From NCBI RefSeq assembly GCF_004010195.1, contig NC_057718.1, forward strand, positions 27,011,631 through 27,075,630: a stretch of DNA of 64,000 bases, written 5' to 3'. The stretch is from Chiloscyllium plagiosum (taxonomy: Eukaryota). Made by a program: the position numbers and the translations under genes. The notes under the pieces are model-generated. The model searched no databases. It saw nothing but the letters and a program-made list of their open reading frames with translations, and had not been told where the DNA came from. Of the stretch, positions 12,363-24,131 are shown in pieces; within the stretch, counting starts at the first letter, position 1; each line of letters begins with the position of its first letter.

Positions 12363-13628
12363 CATCAGATGTACCCGAGAACTCTGTGGGAAGCTAGCGA
12401 AGTGATTGCAGGGCCTCTTGCTGAGATATTTGTATGATCGATAGTCACAGGTGAGGTGCCGGAAGACTGGAGGTTGGCTAACGTGGTGCCACTGTTTAAG
12501 AAGGGTGGTAAGGACCAGCCAGGGAAGTATAGACCAGTGAGCCTGACCTCAGTGGTGGGCAAGTTGTTGGAGAGAATCCTGAGGGACAGGTTGTACATGT
12601 ATTTGGGATTGATTCGGGATAGTCAACATGGCTTTGTGATTGGGAAATCATGTCTCATAAACATGATTGAGGTTTTTGAAGAAGTAACAAAGAAGATTGA
12701 TGAGGGCAGAGCAGTAGAATGTGATCAATGTGGACTTCAGTACGGTCTTCAACAAGGTTCCCCATGGGAGACTGGTTAGCAAGGTTAGATCTCATGGAAT
12801 ACAGGGAGAACTAGCCATTTGGATACAGAACTGGCTTAAAGGTAGAATACAGAGGGTGGTGGTGTAGGGTTGTTTTTCAGACTGGAAGCCTGTGACCAGT
12901 GGAGTGCCACAAGGATCGGTGCTGGGCCTCTAGCTTTTGTCATTTACATAAATGATTTGGATGCGAGCATAAGAGGTATAGTTAGTGAGTTTGCAGAAAA
13001 TTGAAGGTGTAGTGGACAGCTAAGAGGGTTACCTCAGATTACAACAGGATCTGGACCAGATGGGCCAATGGGCTAAGAAGTGGCAGATGGAGTTTAATTC
13101 GGATAAATGCGAGGTGCTGCATTTTGGGAAACAAATCTTAGCAGGACTTATACACTTAATGGTAAGGTCCTAGGGAGTGTTGCTGAACAAAGAGACCTTG
13201 GAGTTCAGGTTCATAGCTCCTTGAAAGTGGAGTCGCAGGTAGATAGGATAGTGAAGAAGGCGTTTGATATGCTTTCCTTTATTGGTCAGAGTATTGAGTA
13301 CAGGAGTTGGGAGGTCATGTTGTGTTTGTACAGGACATTGGTTAGGCCACTATTGGAATATTGCATGCAATTCTGCTCTCCTTCCTATCAGAAAGATGTT
13401 GTGAAATTTGAAAGGGTTCAGAAAAGATTTACAAGGATNNNNGTGGTGGAGGCTGGGTACAATTGCAACATTTAAGAGGCATTTGGATGGGTATATGAAT
13501 AGGAAAGGGTTTGGAGGGATATGGGCCGGGCGCTGGCAGGTGGGACTAGATTGGGTTGGTATATCTGGTTGGCATGGACGGGTTGGACCGAAGGGTCTGT
13601 TTCCATGCTGTACATCTCTATGACTCTG
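12363..13628 (+). mobile_element. CR1 LINE RT and 3' end (a 4-N gap at 13439-13442 removes part of it)
   Basis: PEDWRLANVVPLFKKGGK and LYRTLVRPLLEYC, with 3' tail catctctatgactct. Confidence 0.93.
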
Positions 13629-14437
13629 ACTTCTGTGCTGAATGACTCTAAATAAATTAAGTATCCACAGTATCTGATGTATTCAGTTCCATGGATTCGG
13701 AGTTCTGTATGAAGGTATTTCTTTCCGTCTCAGTCCTAAATGATAGATGCATTAATCTGAGAACCCGAGTTTGAGGCACCCCAAGCCAGGGGAAACATTT
13801 CTTTCATAAGATGCCCTTCATTATGTTTTTTGACATCACTGCTATGCTAATTGGATACATATGTAGCAACTTAAAATTAGGTATTATGGACACTGGAAGC
13901 CATCAGCAACTCCAGAATGGTATTCATCCATAATCTGCAACCACATGATCTTCCTCAATCTATAATTATCATTGTTGAATCCCATAGAAACAATATGCTC
14001 AGGGTTACCATTGACCAGAAATGGAATCAGTTGCAATATCTACAGGAAGTCAGAATCTGGGAGTTCTGTGGTGATTAACTCATCTGATGCCCCAAGAACA
14101 TTCATCATTTACAATTGATGTTAACAGTATGATTAAATATCTTCATTTGCCTGGACAAATGCAGCTCCAACTATACTTGAGGCACTAACATGCAGTGGTA
14201 GCCATGTGTACAACTTCAAAGATTTTAAATCATTTGCTAAACCATGAGATAATATTGTGTAAGTCGTCTGCTGTTGGTTGATCACTGTAAAAGATCAATT
14301 CTGATCATGTATAATTTTCACACTGTGGATAAACTTGATGCTTGGACTAAGTGTAGAATTACACGATCTTCATTATGAGCTTGGCAGTGTTGAGGAAAAA
14401 TTGATCTAGGTAAAGCTTTTCTCTTTGCTTGATGTAG

Positions 14438-14585
14438 ATGTTTCTCACTGTGTACCTGAGGAACAATGATCAACATTACACAGAGGTACCAATCACTCCA
14501 GATACCACGTGTCGAGATGTTATTGGTTATTGCAAAGAACCAGGAGAGAGAGACTGTTATTTGGCTGAGCGTTGGCATGGTGCTG
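14438..14585 (+). CDS. TP53BP2: ASPP2/TP53BP2-family coding exon (human exon 2 equivalent), N-terminal ubiquitin-like/Ras-association domain
   Basis: tgtag|ATG...GCTG|gtaag, 148 nt. Translates [49 protein letters not shown], matching recalled ASPP2 [46 protein letters not shown]. Confidence 0.95.
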
Positions 14586-14749
14586 GTAAGTGAAATCTGT
14601 TCAGCTGCTACATGTTCAAGCTATTTTGTTGGATAGACACTATTGACTTGGTTTCTTTTAGAATACTGCAAAAAGGCTATTTTATATTGTATGTTCTGGC
14701 TATAACGTAGCATTGAGGCTGTTGCAAATTAACAGACATTAGCAAAGGC

Positions 14750-14820
14750 CCTGCTGTGCTGTTCTAGCAATAAAGTTTCAACTTTGATCTCCAGCATCTG
14801 CAGACCTCACTTTCTCCTCA
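14750..14820 (+). mobile_element. PLE pLTR tail fragment (same subfamily as 37310)
   Basis: ctgctgtgctgttctagcaataaagtttcaactttgatctccagcatctgcagacctcactttctcctc. Confidence 0.75.
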
Positions 14821-15599
14821 AAAAAAAATTGAACCAGTTAACTTGAAATAGTTTTCTCATGAATCCTACAGAGCAGTTTCATGTTTTCTCACTTTCTCCT
14901 ACATGTTTTGCTCATACTGGGTAGGTAGTAACCTATCTTAACTGAAAGCACTTTGGAACAGATTGTCAGCTGAGACAGTGTCGTTTTGTTGGATGAAATG
15001 CTAAACAAAATTCCTAGTTTGTTTTCAATTTGCTATGAAGAATAATTTGTACATCATACGTGTTGTTATTGCCTTACTGAAGGAATATGCTGGACATTGA
15101 GTGTTCTCAGTGTTGTCACTAATGTTAAAAACTTTATTAAAGTACACAAGATTCTCTGATTTACCTGTCTTTTTAGGTCTAGGTTATCAAAGCATGGCCC
15201 AGTTTGTGCTTAATAAGAATTGCCATTTATTACAAATAAATAATTTCTAGCTACAAGCCTACAATTTGAGCCATCAGCATATGACTTCAGTTAAAACTTT
15301 AAACCCCTTATAAAACTCATGCTACACAAACATACAAACACAAGAAGAGTGTGAAGGGCAGAGAGAGCGAGAGAGAGACTTGGAAGGAAGTTCACTGACT
15401 CCCTGTAGGTTTCACTGAGGTGATCCATTTAGATTGTCAGTATGTACGGCTCAGTCCTTGTTCTCCAATACTTGCTTGTAGGATGCATGAGGCAATTAAT
15501 TCTGATGTCTATGACGTCTTTGTTAAAAGGCACAGTTTACTACAATGGCTGAGGGAAAAAAAAGCTTCCTTCAGGTTTGAGGTGGTTCTTGTTGCAGAG

Positions 15600-15920
15600 G
15601 AACACCCCCACCCACCCACCACCCCCTCCCTTACCCCAGTCCCTTTCTGTCCTCTCAACTCCCTGACCCTCTCTGAACGCTCCCCATCCCTCTCTGTCCC
15701 CCCTCATGTCCCACCCACCTCCGTTGCCCTCCCCACCCCAGCCTGTTTCTCCCCTGCCGTTGCCCCATCTCTGTCCGTTTCCCCCTCTTTGTTCTCTCAT
15801 CTGCTCATCTCTCTCTCTTTCTCTCGCGCTCTCCCTCCTGTTGTTCCCCTTATGTCTCTTCCCACCTTTTCCTTTCTTTCTATCTCACTTAACCCTCTTT
15901 TGCCGCGTGTGCTCACTCTC
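15600..15920. repeat. C/T-rich low-complexity tract
   Basis: About 320 bp of almost pure pyrimidine on the + strand. Confidence 0.8.
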
Positions 15921-16128
15921 ACTGTGGAGGAAAGAAACCAGCACAGAGTCTGAAAAACATGACTTGTAACTTTACCCAGTTCTGTCTGTGATCAAGAATA
16001 CAGAAACTTAAAAAGATACAGTCTTTAGTGTGTAAAGAATGTCAAGTCTCATGATTTGTAGGTTGAAAACGCTTTTTAGTAGTATTCGGTTTGTTGAACA
16101 GAAATAATTTAGTTTTTCTTCCATGTAG

Positions 16129-16248
16129 AGCGTGTCATAGCAGATAATGAGCGTATATATGATATTCTACAACAGTGGGGTGTTCAAAGAAAGGATGTTT
16201 GTTTCTATCTGCGCCATGAGCGTCCACCGAGCACAACCAGGGATGCAG
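16129..16248 (+). CDS. TP53BP2: ASPP2-family coding exon (exon 3 equivalent)
   Basis: Polypyrimidine tract, catgtag|AG...GCAG|gtaag, 120 nt, phase 1-1. Translates (E)RVIADNERIYDILQQWGVQRKDVCFYLRHERPPSTTRDA, similar to ERPVADNERMFDVLQRFGSQRNEVRFFLRHERPP. Confidence 0.93.
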
Positions 16249-16990
16249 GTAAGATGTGTGTCACATTTGTTCAGCCTAATTTACTGGATTTTTTCATACA
16301 TGAGAATCCATTCACTTTCAGATATTCTCAAACTGTTCCAATTCACTTTTCATATCTTTTTTTGTTGTGTGTAATGCTCATTTCTGGAATTAGTTCCTAG
16401 TGGATAAACAAGTTTGTATAAGCAAAACAAGTAAATCCAGTCTGATGCAGCTTGCCAGATTTTTTAGAGTTCTCATGATCATTGCAACAGACAGCAGTTT
16501 TATGAAAGACTAAAGAACTATTATAGTTTGCTGAGAAGTACAAATAATGTTTTAAAAATCATTGGCACAACCACATCTTCAATAGGGTAATTCATATTTA
16601 TTCTTAAATTTGCAAATGTAGAATGGGAACTGACCTCTGTGGCGCAATTGGTTCTACATTGATAAGGTTTCCTGTTTTGAAAATTTTAAACAACAGTTTA
16701 TTTCAGAATTGTGTCTTGAGAATAATTTTGAAGTTGATACCCAAATGGTAAAAGGTTTTCAGAATTCTGCATCTTTTCTAACAGGCAAATTACAAGATTT
16801 TGAAAGGACAGGCTAACATATGATTTCAGTCGTATACCAATGCAAATTCTAAAATCCCATCTCATTCACTAATGAACCTTTGCTGCACTGAACAATGACT
16901 CCAGATGCACAGCAATATGGTTGACTGTTAACTGCCCATAGAAATGGCATAGCATCAACAGCAATGCGAATATGAGCACTAACTATGTAA

Positions 16991-17214
16991 CTAGGCAAAA
17001 GTGAGGACTGCAGATGCTGGAAACCAGAGTTTAGAGTGGTGCTGGAAAAGCACAGCAGGTCAGGCAGCATCCGAGGAGCAGGAAAATCGATGTTTCGGGC
17101 AAAAGCCCTTCATCAGGAATCATGGTGAAGGGCTTTTGACGGAAAACTTCTATTTTCCTGCTCCTCGGCTGCTGCCTGACCTGCTGTGCTTTTCCAGCAC
17201 CACTCTCATCGAAA
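16991..17214. mobile_element. PLE-derived fold-back element (family A) with hammerhead motif on the - strand
   Basis: Long inverted arms. TSD CACTAACTA(T/C)GTAA at 16977-16990 and 17215-17228. Minus strand 17085-17120 reads attcCTGATGAaGGGCttttGCCCGAAACATC. Confidence 0.85.
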
Positions 17215-17417
17215 CACTAACTACGTAAGGTCCAGTCTTCTGATGCTAGTTTGTGTTGTGAACGTTCCAAACTTGGATAGGCCACGGTCAAGTAGAGATT
17301 TGTGGAATAAAGAGAACTTTTCAGTAATTTAAGTACAATCTTTTAATTTTAAGTATGAATATTAAATCCATGATTAGGAGAAATGTTACTTAAGTGACTA
17401 GGGCGATCTGTGTCAAT

Positions 17418-19385
17418 TAGAGTCATAGAGATGTACAGCATGGTCCAACCTGTCCATGCCGACCAGATATCCCAACCCAATCTAGTCCTACCTGCCAGCA
17501 ACCAGCCCATATCCCTCCAAACCCTTCCCTATTCATATACCCATCCAAATGCCACTCAAATGTTGCAATTGTACCAGCCTCCACCACTTCCTCTGGCAGC
17601 TCATTCCATACAAGTACCACCCTCTGCATGAAAATGTCGCCCCTTAGGTCTCTTTTATATCTTTCCCCTCTCACGCTAAACCTATGCCCTCTAGTTCTGG
17701 ACTCCCCGACCCCAGGGAAAAGACTTGCCTATTTATCCTGTCCATGCCCCTCATAATTTTGTAAACCTCTATACGGTCACCCCTCAGCCTCCGACACTCC
17801 AGGGAAAACAGCCCCAGCCTGATCAGTCTCTCCCTGTAGCTCAAATCCTCCAACCCTGGCAACATCCTTGTAAATCTTTTCTGAATCCTTTCAAGTTTCA
17901 CAACATCTTTCCAATAGGAAGGAGAGCAGAATTGCACGCAATATTCCAACAGTGGCCTAACCAATGTCCTGAACAAACACAACATGACCTCCCAACTCCT
18001 GTACTCAATACTCTGACCAATAAAGGAAAGCATATCAAACGCCTTCTTCACTATCCTATCTACCTGTGACTCCACTTTCAAGGAGCTATGAACCTGAACT
18101 CCAAGGTCTTTTTGTTCAGCACCACTCCCTCGGACCTTACCATGGAGCATATAAGTTCTGCTAAGATTTGCTTTCCCAAAATGCAGCACCTCGCATTTAT
18201 CTGAATTAAACTCCATCTGCCACTTCTCAGCCCATTGGTCCATCTGGTCCAGATCCTGTTGTAATTCAAGGTAACCCTCTTAGCTGTCCACTACACCTCC
18301 AATTTTGGTGTCATCTGCAAACTTACCAACTGTACCTCTTATGCTCATGTCCAAATCATTTATGTAAATGGCAAAAAGTAGAGGCCCAGCACCGATCCTT
18401 GTGGCACTCCACTGGTCACAGGCTTCCAGTCTGAAAAACAACCCTACACCACCACCCTCTGTCTTCTACCTTTAGAGTCAGTTCTGTATCCAAATGGCTA
18501 GTTCTCCCTGTATTCTATGAGATAGAACCTTGCTAATCGGTCTCCCATGGGGAACTTTGTTGAACGCCTTACTGAAGTCCATATAGGTCACATCTACTGC
18601 TCTGCCCTCATCAATCTTCTTTGTTACTTCTTCAAAAACCTCAATCATGTTTGTGAGACATGTTTTCTCACGCACAAAGCAATGTTGAGTAGCCCGAATC
18701 AGTCCTTGCCTTTCCAAATACATGTACAACCTGTCCCTCAGGATTCCCTCCAACAACTTGCCCACCACTGAGGTCAGGCTCACTGGTCTATAGTTCCCTG
18801 GCTTGACTTTACCGCCCTTCTTAAACAGTGGCACCACGTTTTCCAACCTCCGGTCTTCCGGCACCTCACCTGTGACTATCGATAATACAAATATCTCAGC
18901 AAGAGGCCCAGCAAACACTTCTCTAGCTTCCCACAGAGTTCTCGGGTGCACCTGATCAGGTCCTAGGGATTTAGCCACCTTTAACCATTTCAAGACATCC
19001 AGCACTTCCTCCTCTGTAAGCTGGACATTTTACAAGATGTCACCATCTATTTCCCTACAGTCTATATCTTCCATATCCTTTTCCACAATAAATACTGATG
19101 CAAAATATTAATTTAGTACGTCCCCCATTTTCTGTGGTTCCACACAAAGTCCGCCTTGCTGATCTTTGAGGGGCCCTATTCTCTCCCCAGTTACCCTTTT
19201 TTCCTTAATATATTTGTAAAAACCCTTTGGATTCTCCTTAATTCTATTTGCTAAAGCTATCTCATATCCCCGTTTTGCCCTCCTGATATCCCTCTTAAGT
19301 ATACTCCTACTTCCTTTATACTCTTCGAAGCATTCACTCGATCTATCCTGTCTATACCTGACATATGCTTCCTTTTTCTTAATTA
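17418..19385 (-). mobile_element. CR1 LINE, 5'-truncated ORF2 through 3' end
   Basis: Minus ORFs 17423-19395 carry CR1 RT motifs (NYRPVSLTSVVGKLLE, MDFSKAF, WQMEFNSDKC). The tail agagtcatagagatgtacagc lies at the left end. Confidence 0.93.
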
Positions 19386-20094
19386 ATCCAATCAATGCAA
19401 TTAACTGAACATCCTTGCTATCCCAAATGTCTTTCCATGACCTTGATCTGGCTTAGCTTGTGCCCTTCTCAACTTCGCATTGCTTTTTGCAAACTTCAGT
19501 CTTTTGATGCAAGCTTCTTGTGTATATGTTTTTTTTAACAAGGCACTCAGCCACTTAAGACCACCTAAATGGAACTTGCTCTGTGAAAACCTTTCCATCT
19601 CAACATCTGTCCCTGTTTTCCAAATTATTTTCAAGTATATTTCATGAATTTAGCCTTTAGGTATGTATCCTGACTCTCAAAAAGTAATAATTAGCTCTAC
19701 TGGAAGTGGGGAAAGAGGAAGGACCAATAAATGTACCTGTTAAGTTTTGGAAGGTGAGCAATGGTGTACCACCAGCTTTGAGGTTGATATTCTTTCTTCT
19801 TCACTATAATGCCACTACTTCCAAGATGGGAACACTAGTCAAAACAATTTTTAAATGGTTAAACATTGTGGGAACAGAATCAAAAGCAATTTAAGGGGAG
19901 AAGGGAATGCAGGAATGCTTCTTAGCAAATTCTACTTGCAGATCATTATTTACATGAATCTACTCCAACTAAATTCACCTTTTGTTCAAAAAAGGGTCAA
20001 GCCAATACTGTGGTAAATTTACAAAATGGAAAGCCTCACTTCCATGAAGCAAACTTTATACAAATTCAAGGGTAAACAAATCAGATTAAGGTCC

Positions 20095-21600
20095 TTAAAT
20101 GAAAGCAAAATGCTCTGAATGTTGGAAATCTGAAATTAAATTGAGTCTGCCAGAGAAATTCAGCTAGTCTACCAGCAACTATGCAGAGAGAAAACCGAGT
20201 TTACGATTCAAATCCAAAATCTCCTCTTCAGAGATATGTAGACTTGAAAAATTTTTTGAAAACCTTGACAAACTGGGAGGAGAGCAAATGGAATAGATGG
20301 TGAGGAATGCAGGCAGGATTAAATCTGTACTGAGAGAAAAGCCTACAAGGCATTGTGTGTATGTGTATGGTGGTCAAAATGATGGACAATGTTTGCATTG
20401 TGAAATTGTTGAACTGTTGAGTTCTGAAAAGTTGTAAAGTGTCTAAGTGTAAAATGAGGTGCTGTTCCTCGAGATTGCATTAAGCTTCACTGGGGCACTA
20501 TAGCAGGACTAGGACAGAAACATCAGCATAGAGAAAGATGGTTTGTTGAAATGCGAAGTTATTAAAAGGTAGGGGTCATTCTTATGTACAGAGCGGAGGC
20601 ATTGTGTGAAGTGGTCACCAAGTCTGTGTTTTGGTCTTGTTAATGTAAAGGAGACTGTGTTGTGCGCAGTAAATCCAGCAGACAATCCTAATTGAAAGGA
20701 GTACCAGTAAATCACTGCTTTATCTGGAAAGTGTGATTGGGACCATAGACAGGAGGAGGTTAAAAAAACAGCTCTGATTGCTCAGGAAGGGTGAGGGAGT
20801 GTTCGAAGTGATAAAGTGAACCAGGGTGTCACTGAGGGAATGAATCCAGAGAAGACAGGCAGTGGAAGAGAGGAGAAAGTGTTCTTGTTGGTGGCACCCT
20901 GGAGATGGCACAGGATGATGTTTTGCAGGGTGAGAAGTGAGGACAAAGTTGAACCCTACCGCTGTTTCATAAGGAAGTGGAAAGGGTCAGGGCAGAAGTG
21001 TAGGCAATGGGTCAGACACAGCTTAGAGCCGTGCCAACTGTGGTTGGATGAGGAGTGGGGATGGAATTCTCACTTGATGAAAAAGGAGGGCATGTCATAA
21101 GCACCCCTGTGGAAGATGGAATTGTTAAATCAGTAGCAACAGATTCCGGGAAATTGGGATAATGGAATGCAGTTCTGGTACAAATAAGGGTGTGCGGTAA
21201 CTATGAGAGTCAGCGGGTTTGCATGAGACATTAGTGGACAGTGTATCCCCAGAAATAGAATAAGCAAAGTCAGGGGAGGGAAGGGAAGAATCTGAGATGG
21301 AGGTGTTGACAGTGAGAGAAGGTTGGAAATTGGAAGCGGAACTGATTGATTTTTCCAGTTCCAGATGAGAGCAAGACAGGATTGATGATATCATTGATGT
21401 ATCAGCAAAGGATTAATGGGAGGATGCCTGAGTAGAACTGGAAGCAAGACTGTTTCACAGACCCCAATAAGAGACAGGCATAACTAGGACCATACCTTGA
21501 GCCTGGAAATAGTGAGATGACTTAAAGCCAAATTTTTACAATTAGTGCAAGGTCAGCAAAGTTCAGGAGATTGGTGGTGGATGAGTTCTGTTCAGTCCTC
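20095..21600 (-). mobile_element. Decayed Penelope-like element (RT thumb, GIY-YIG region, pLTR)
   Basis: Minus frames SISGDTLSTNVSCKPADSHSY (PLE ...YYKPTDSHSY motif) and TKHRLGDHF..HL.SV..ND. Confidence 0.7.
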
Positions 21601-21658
21601 CTTTCAAAAAAGAAGTAAATTATTCAGACCACCCTTGTGAGGGTCCACATTAATGTTA

Positions 21659-21803
21659 GCTGAAAATGTGTTGCTGGAAAAGAGCAGCAGGTCAGGCAGC
21701 ATCCAAGGAGCAGCCTGACCTTGGATGCTGCCTGACCTGCTGCGCTTTTCCAGCAACACATTTTCAGCTCTGATCTCCAGCATCTGCAGTCCTCACTTTC
21801 TCC
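21659..21803. mobile_element. Short PLE-derived fold-back element (family A)
   Basis: Arms gctgaaaatgtgttgctggaaaag...ccaagg and ccttgg...cttttccagcaacacattttcagc. 15-bp TSD TCCACATTAATGTTA at 21644-21658 and 21804-21818. Confidence 0.88.
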
Positions 21804-21827
21804 TCCACATTAATGTTATGCTAGAAA

Positions 21828-22098
21828 GGATGTAGGTTTGCTCGCTGAGCTGGAAGGTTCATTTTCAGATGGTTTATTACCATACTAGGTAACATCTTCA
21901 GTGATCCTCCAAATGAAGCACTGTTGGTGAAGCCCGCTTTCTATTTATATGTTTGAGTTTCCTTGGTTTTGTGATGTCATTTCCTGTGGTGACATCATTT
22001 CCTATGACTATGTCATTTTCTCGGTGCGTAAAATGGTAAATATCACTGACGAAACGTCTGAACACAAACCTTCCAGCTCCACAAGCAAACCGACATCC
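21828..22098. mobile_element. PLE-derived fold-back element (family B)
   Basis: Inverted ends ggatgtaggtttgct..gagctggaaggtt and aaccttccagctc..agcaaaccgacatcc. Homologous to the pLTR at 31100-31260. Degenerate CTGAAGA and GAAACGTC motifs. Confidence 0.7.
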
Positions 22099-22935
22099 AT
22101 AACTTCCACCTGAGCAAAACATCTTCTCAAAACTTATTATACTCGGATGACTAATGATAAAAGTAAAGTATCAGTGCTAGTTCTGACAAATAAGTTGAGC
22201 ACCAGATAGGTTGTTCACCGTACTGACACACTATAATCCCCCAGCGTTTAACTTTTTTTCTTCAACTTATCCATAGTTTTTTTTTCCATTTGGTGCATAG
22301 CAAAAAGCTGGATTAATTCATGAATAATTTAAAGTCTGCACGTAGACTTTGCAATCAAAACAGTTTGTTTTTTTACAAGAGCTGAATTCAAGAAGCTGGT
22401 CTTTTTTCAAGTGTTCTACTTTGTCCATTAAATAGTTTATTGAATTGTGCTGTACTCAGATGTAATTGCATTAATGTTGGATTATGGTAAATCAGTGATT
22501 TGTCTGGTAGTATTAATGATTCCTTTAGCGCTTGCACTTCGAAGATTTGCTGTTTTGCTAATTTTGTTAGATGTTTCACTGTTATATTTTACTTCAGAGA
22601 GTGGCCTCTTGTTAAGCTACTCCATGTATACATTTTTATGTATTTGGGTTTCAGCTAAACAAAGATGTAAATTAAATCCATTTCTCCAATTCCAATGCTG
22701 CTATTGTGCTTTGCTCTTCTTGATTAATTCATGATTAGCTCACAGCTGAAAAGAGGCTGTGCCATGTGGAACTGGTGAAATCCAACTGATTATTGGTGAG
22801 CGCATTATTGAGTAAATTATATTGGAGCACTGGTAGTTTCTTTTATTGGATTTCTTATTAGGAATAGGTTAATAATAATTGTTATTAGCTGGAGGAGTCA
22901 TGCTGGTGGGATGTACCAGAGCAGTATTCCTCCTT

Positions 22936-23247
22936 AGAGATTAGATTCCCTACAGTGTGGAAACAGGCCCTTCGGCCCAACCAGTCCACACCGACCCTCC
23001 GAAGAGTAACCCACCCAGACCCATTTCCCTCTGACAAATGCACCTTACACTATGGGCAATTTAGCATGGCCAATTCACCTAACCTGCACATCTTTGGACT
23101 GTGGGAGGAAACCAGAGCACCTGGAGGAAACCCACGCAGACACTGGGAGAACGTGCAAACTCCACACAGACAGGCACCCGAGGCTGGAATCGAACCTGGG
23201 ATCCTGGTGCTGTGAGGTGCAGTGCTAACCACTGAGCCACCATGCTG
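22936..23247 (-). mobile_element. tRNA-derived V-SINE (HE1-like)
   Basis: Same structure as 271-606 (A/B boxes, V domain, CR1-like tail). Possible TSD TCCTT. Confidence 0.88.
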
Positions 23248-23881
23248 TCCTTTATTGATTAATGTTCTATTGGATCAGCTTCAATAGTGGTTTGGCTACT
23301 TCTGAGTCACTTCTGTAAAAGGTTGTCAATTTCGCTTCGTGCAGTAAGTCCAACACTTTTTTTTGTTTGAAGGCTGGTGTTTGGTGGTGATTTTGAGGGC
23401 TGTTGAGAATATTCACGAGCTGGTCTTTCCTTTTGAGGGTTTTATGTTTCTTTAATTTCAAAAATTACTTTATTCTTTTTTTATACAAACATAGTAGCTG
23501 AAGCACTTTGATTCTGTAGTCTTTAAGTATGAAGAACAAAACAAGCCCAAGGCGTTCCTTACTGAGGGAACACTGCCTCAAAGGAAAAGCTACCATGTAA
23601 AGTCTTTGAACCAAATTACAGTAGGGACCCATTATCAGATCTTCTGGTACACCAAATATATGTAACTGCTACATTGCGTTAGTAAGAAATGCCTTTGGGT
23701 TGTTGGAACTGTCATGATAGTCAAACTCTAATGTTTGTTTTCAATGTGCCAAAACTATACAAAACCAAACTGCTCTAGTGATTGTTGGGTATAGAAAGAT
23801 GTTTTTTAAATGAAAAAAAAACATCCATTCAGTACTTCTGGCTGTGTAAGACTGGAGATGTGGGTGAAGGCAGGTAGCTTG

Positions 23882-24131
23882 CGACGGAACTAGATTTGTT
23901 GGAACTGATTTGGAATAAAGCTGTACTCGAGGGGTTCAGAATGCAGTTCACATCACATAGAACATAGAAGAATACAGCGCAGTACAGGCCCTTCGGCCCT
24001 CGATGTCGACGGAACTAGATTTGTTGGAACTGATTTGGAATAAAGCTGTACTCGAGGGGTTCAGAATGCAGTTCACATCACATAGAACATAGAAGAATAC
24101 AGCGCAGTACAGGCCCTTCGGCCCTCGATGT
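23882..24131. repeat. Perfect 125-bp tandem duplication (2 copies)
   Basis: The unit cgacggaactagatttg...ggccctcgatgt starts at 23882 and 24007. Confidence 0.93.

Noticed and set aside
15420..15969. Pro/Ser/Leu-rich ORFs
   Set aside because: By-products of a C/T low-complexity tract, with no splice or homology support.
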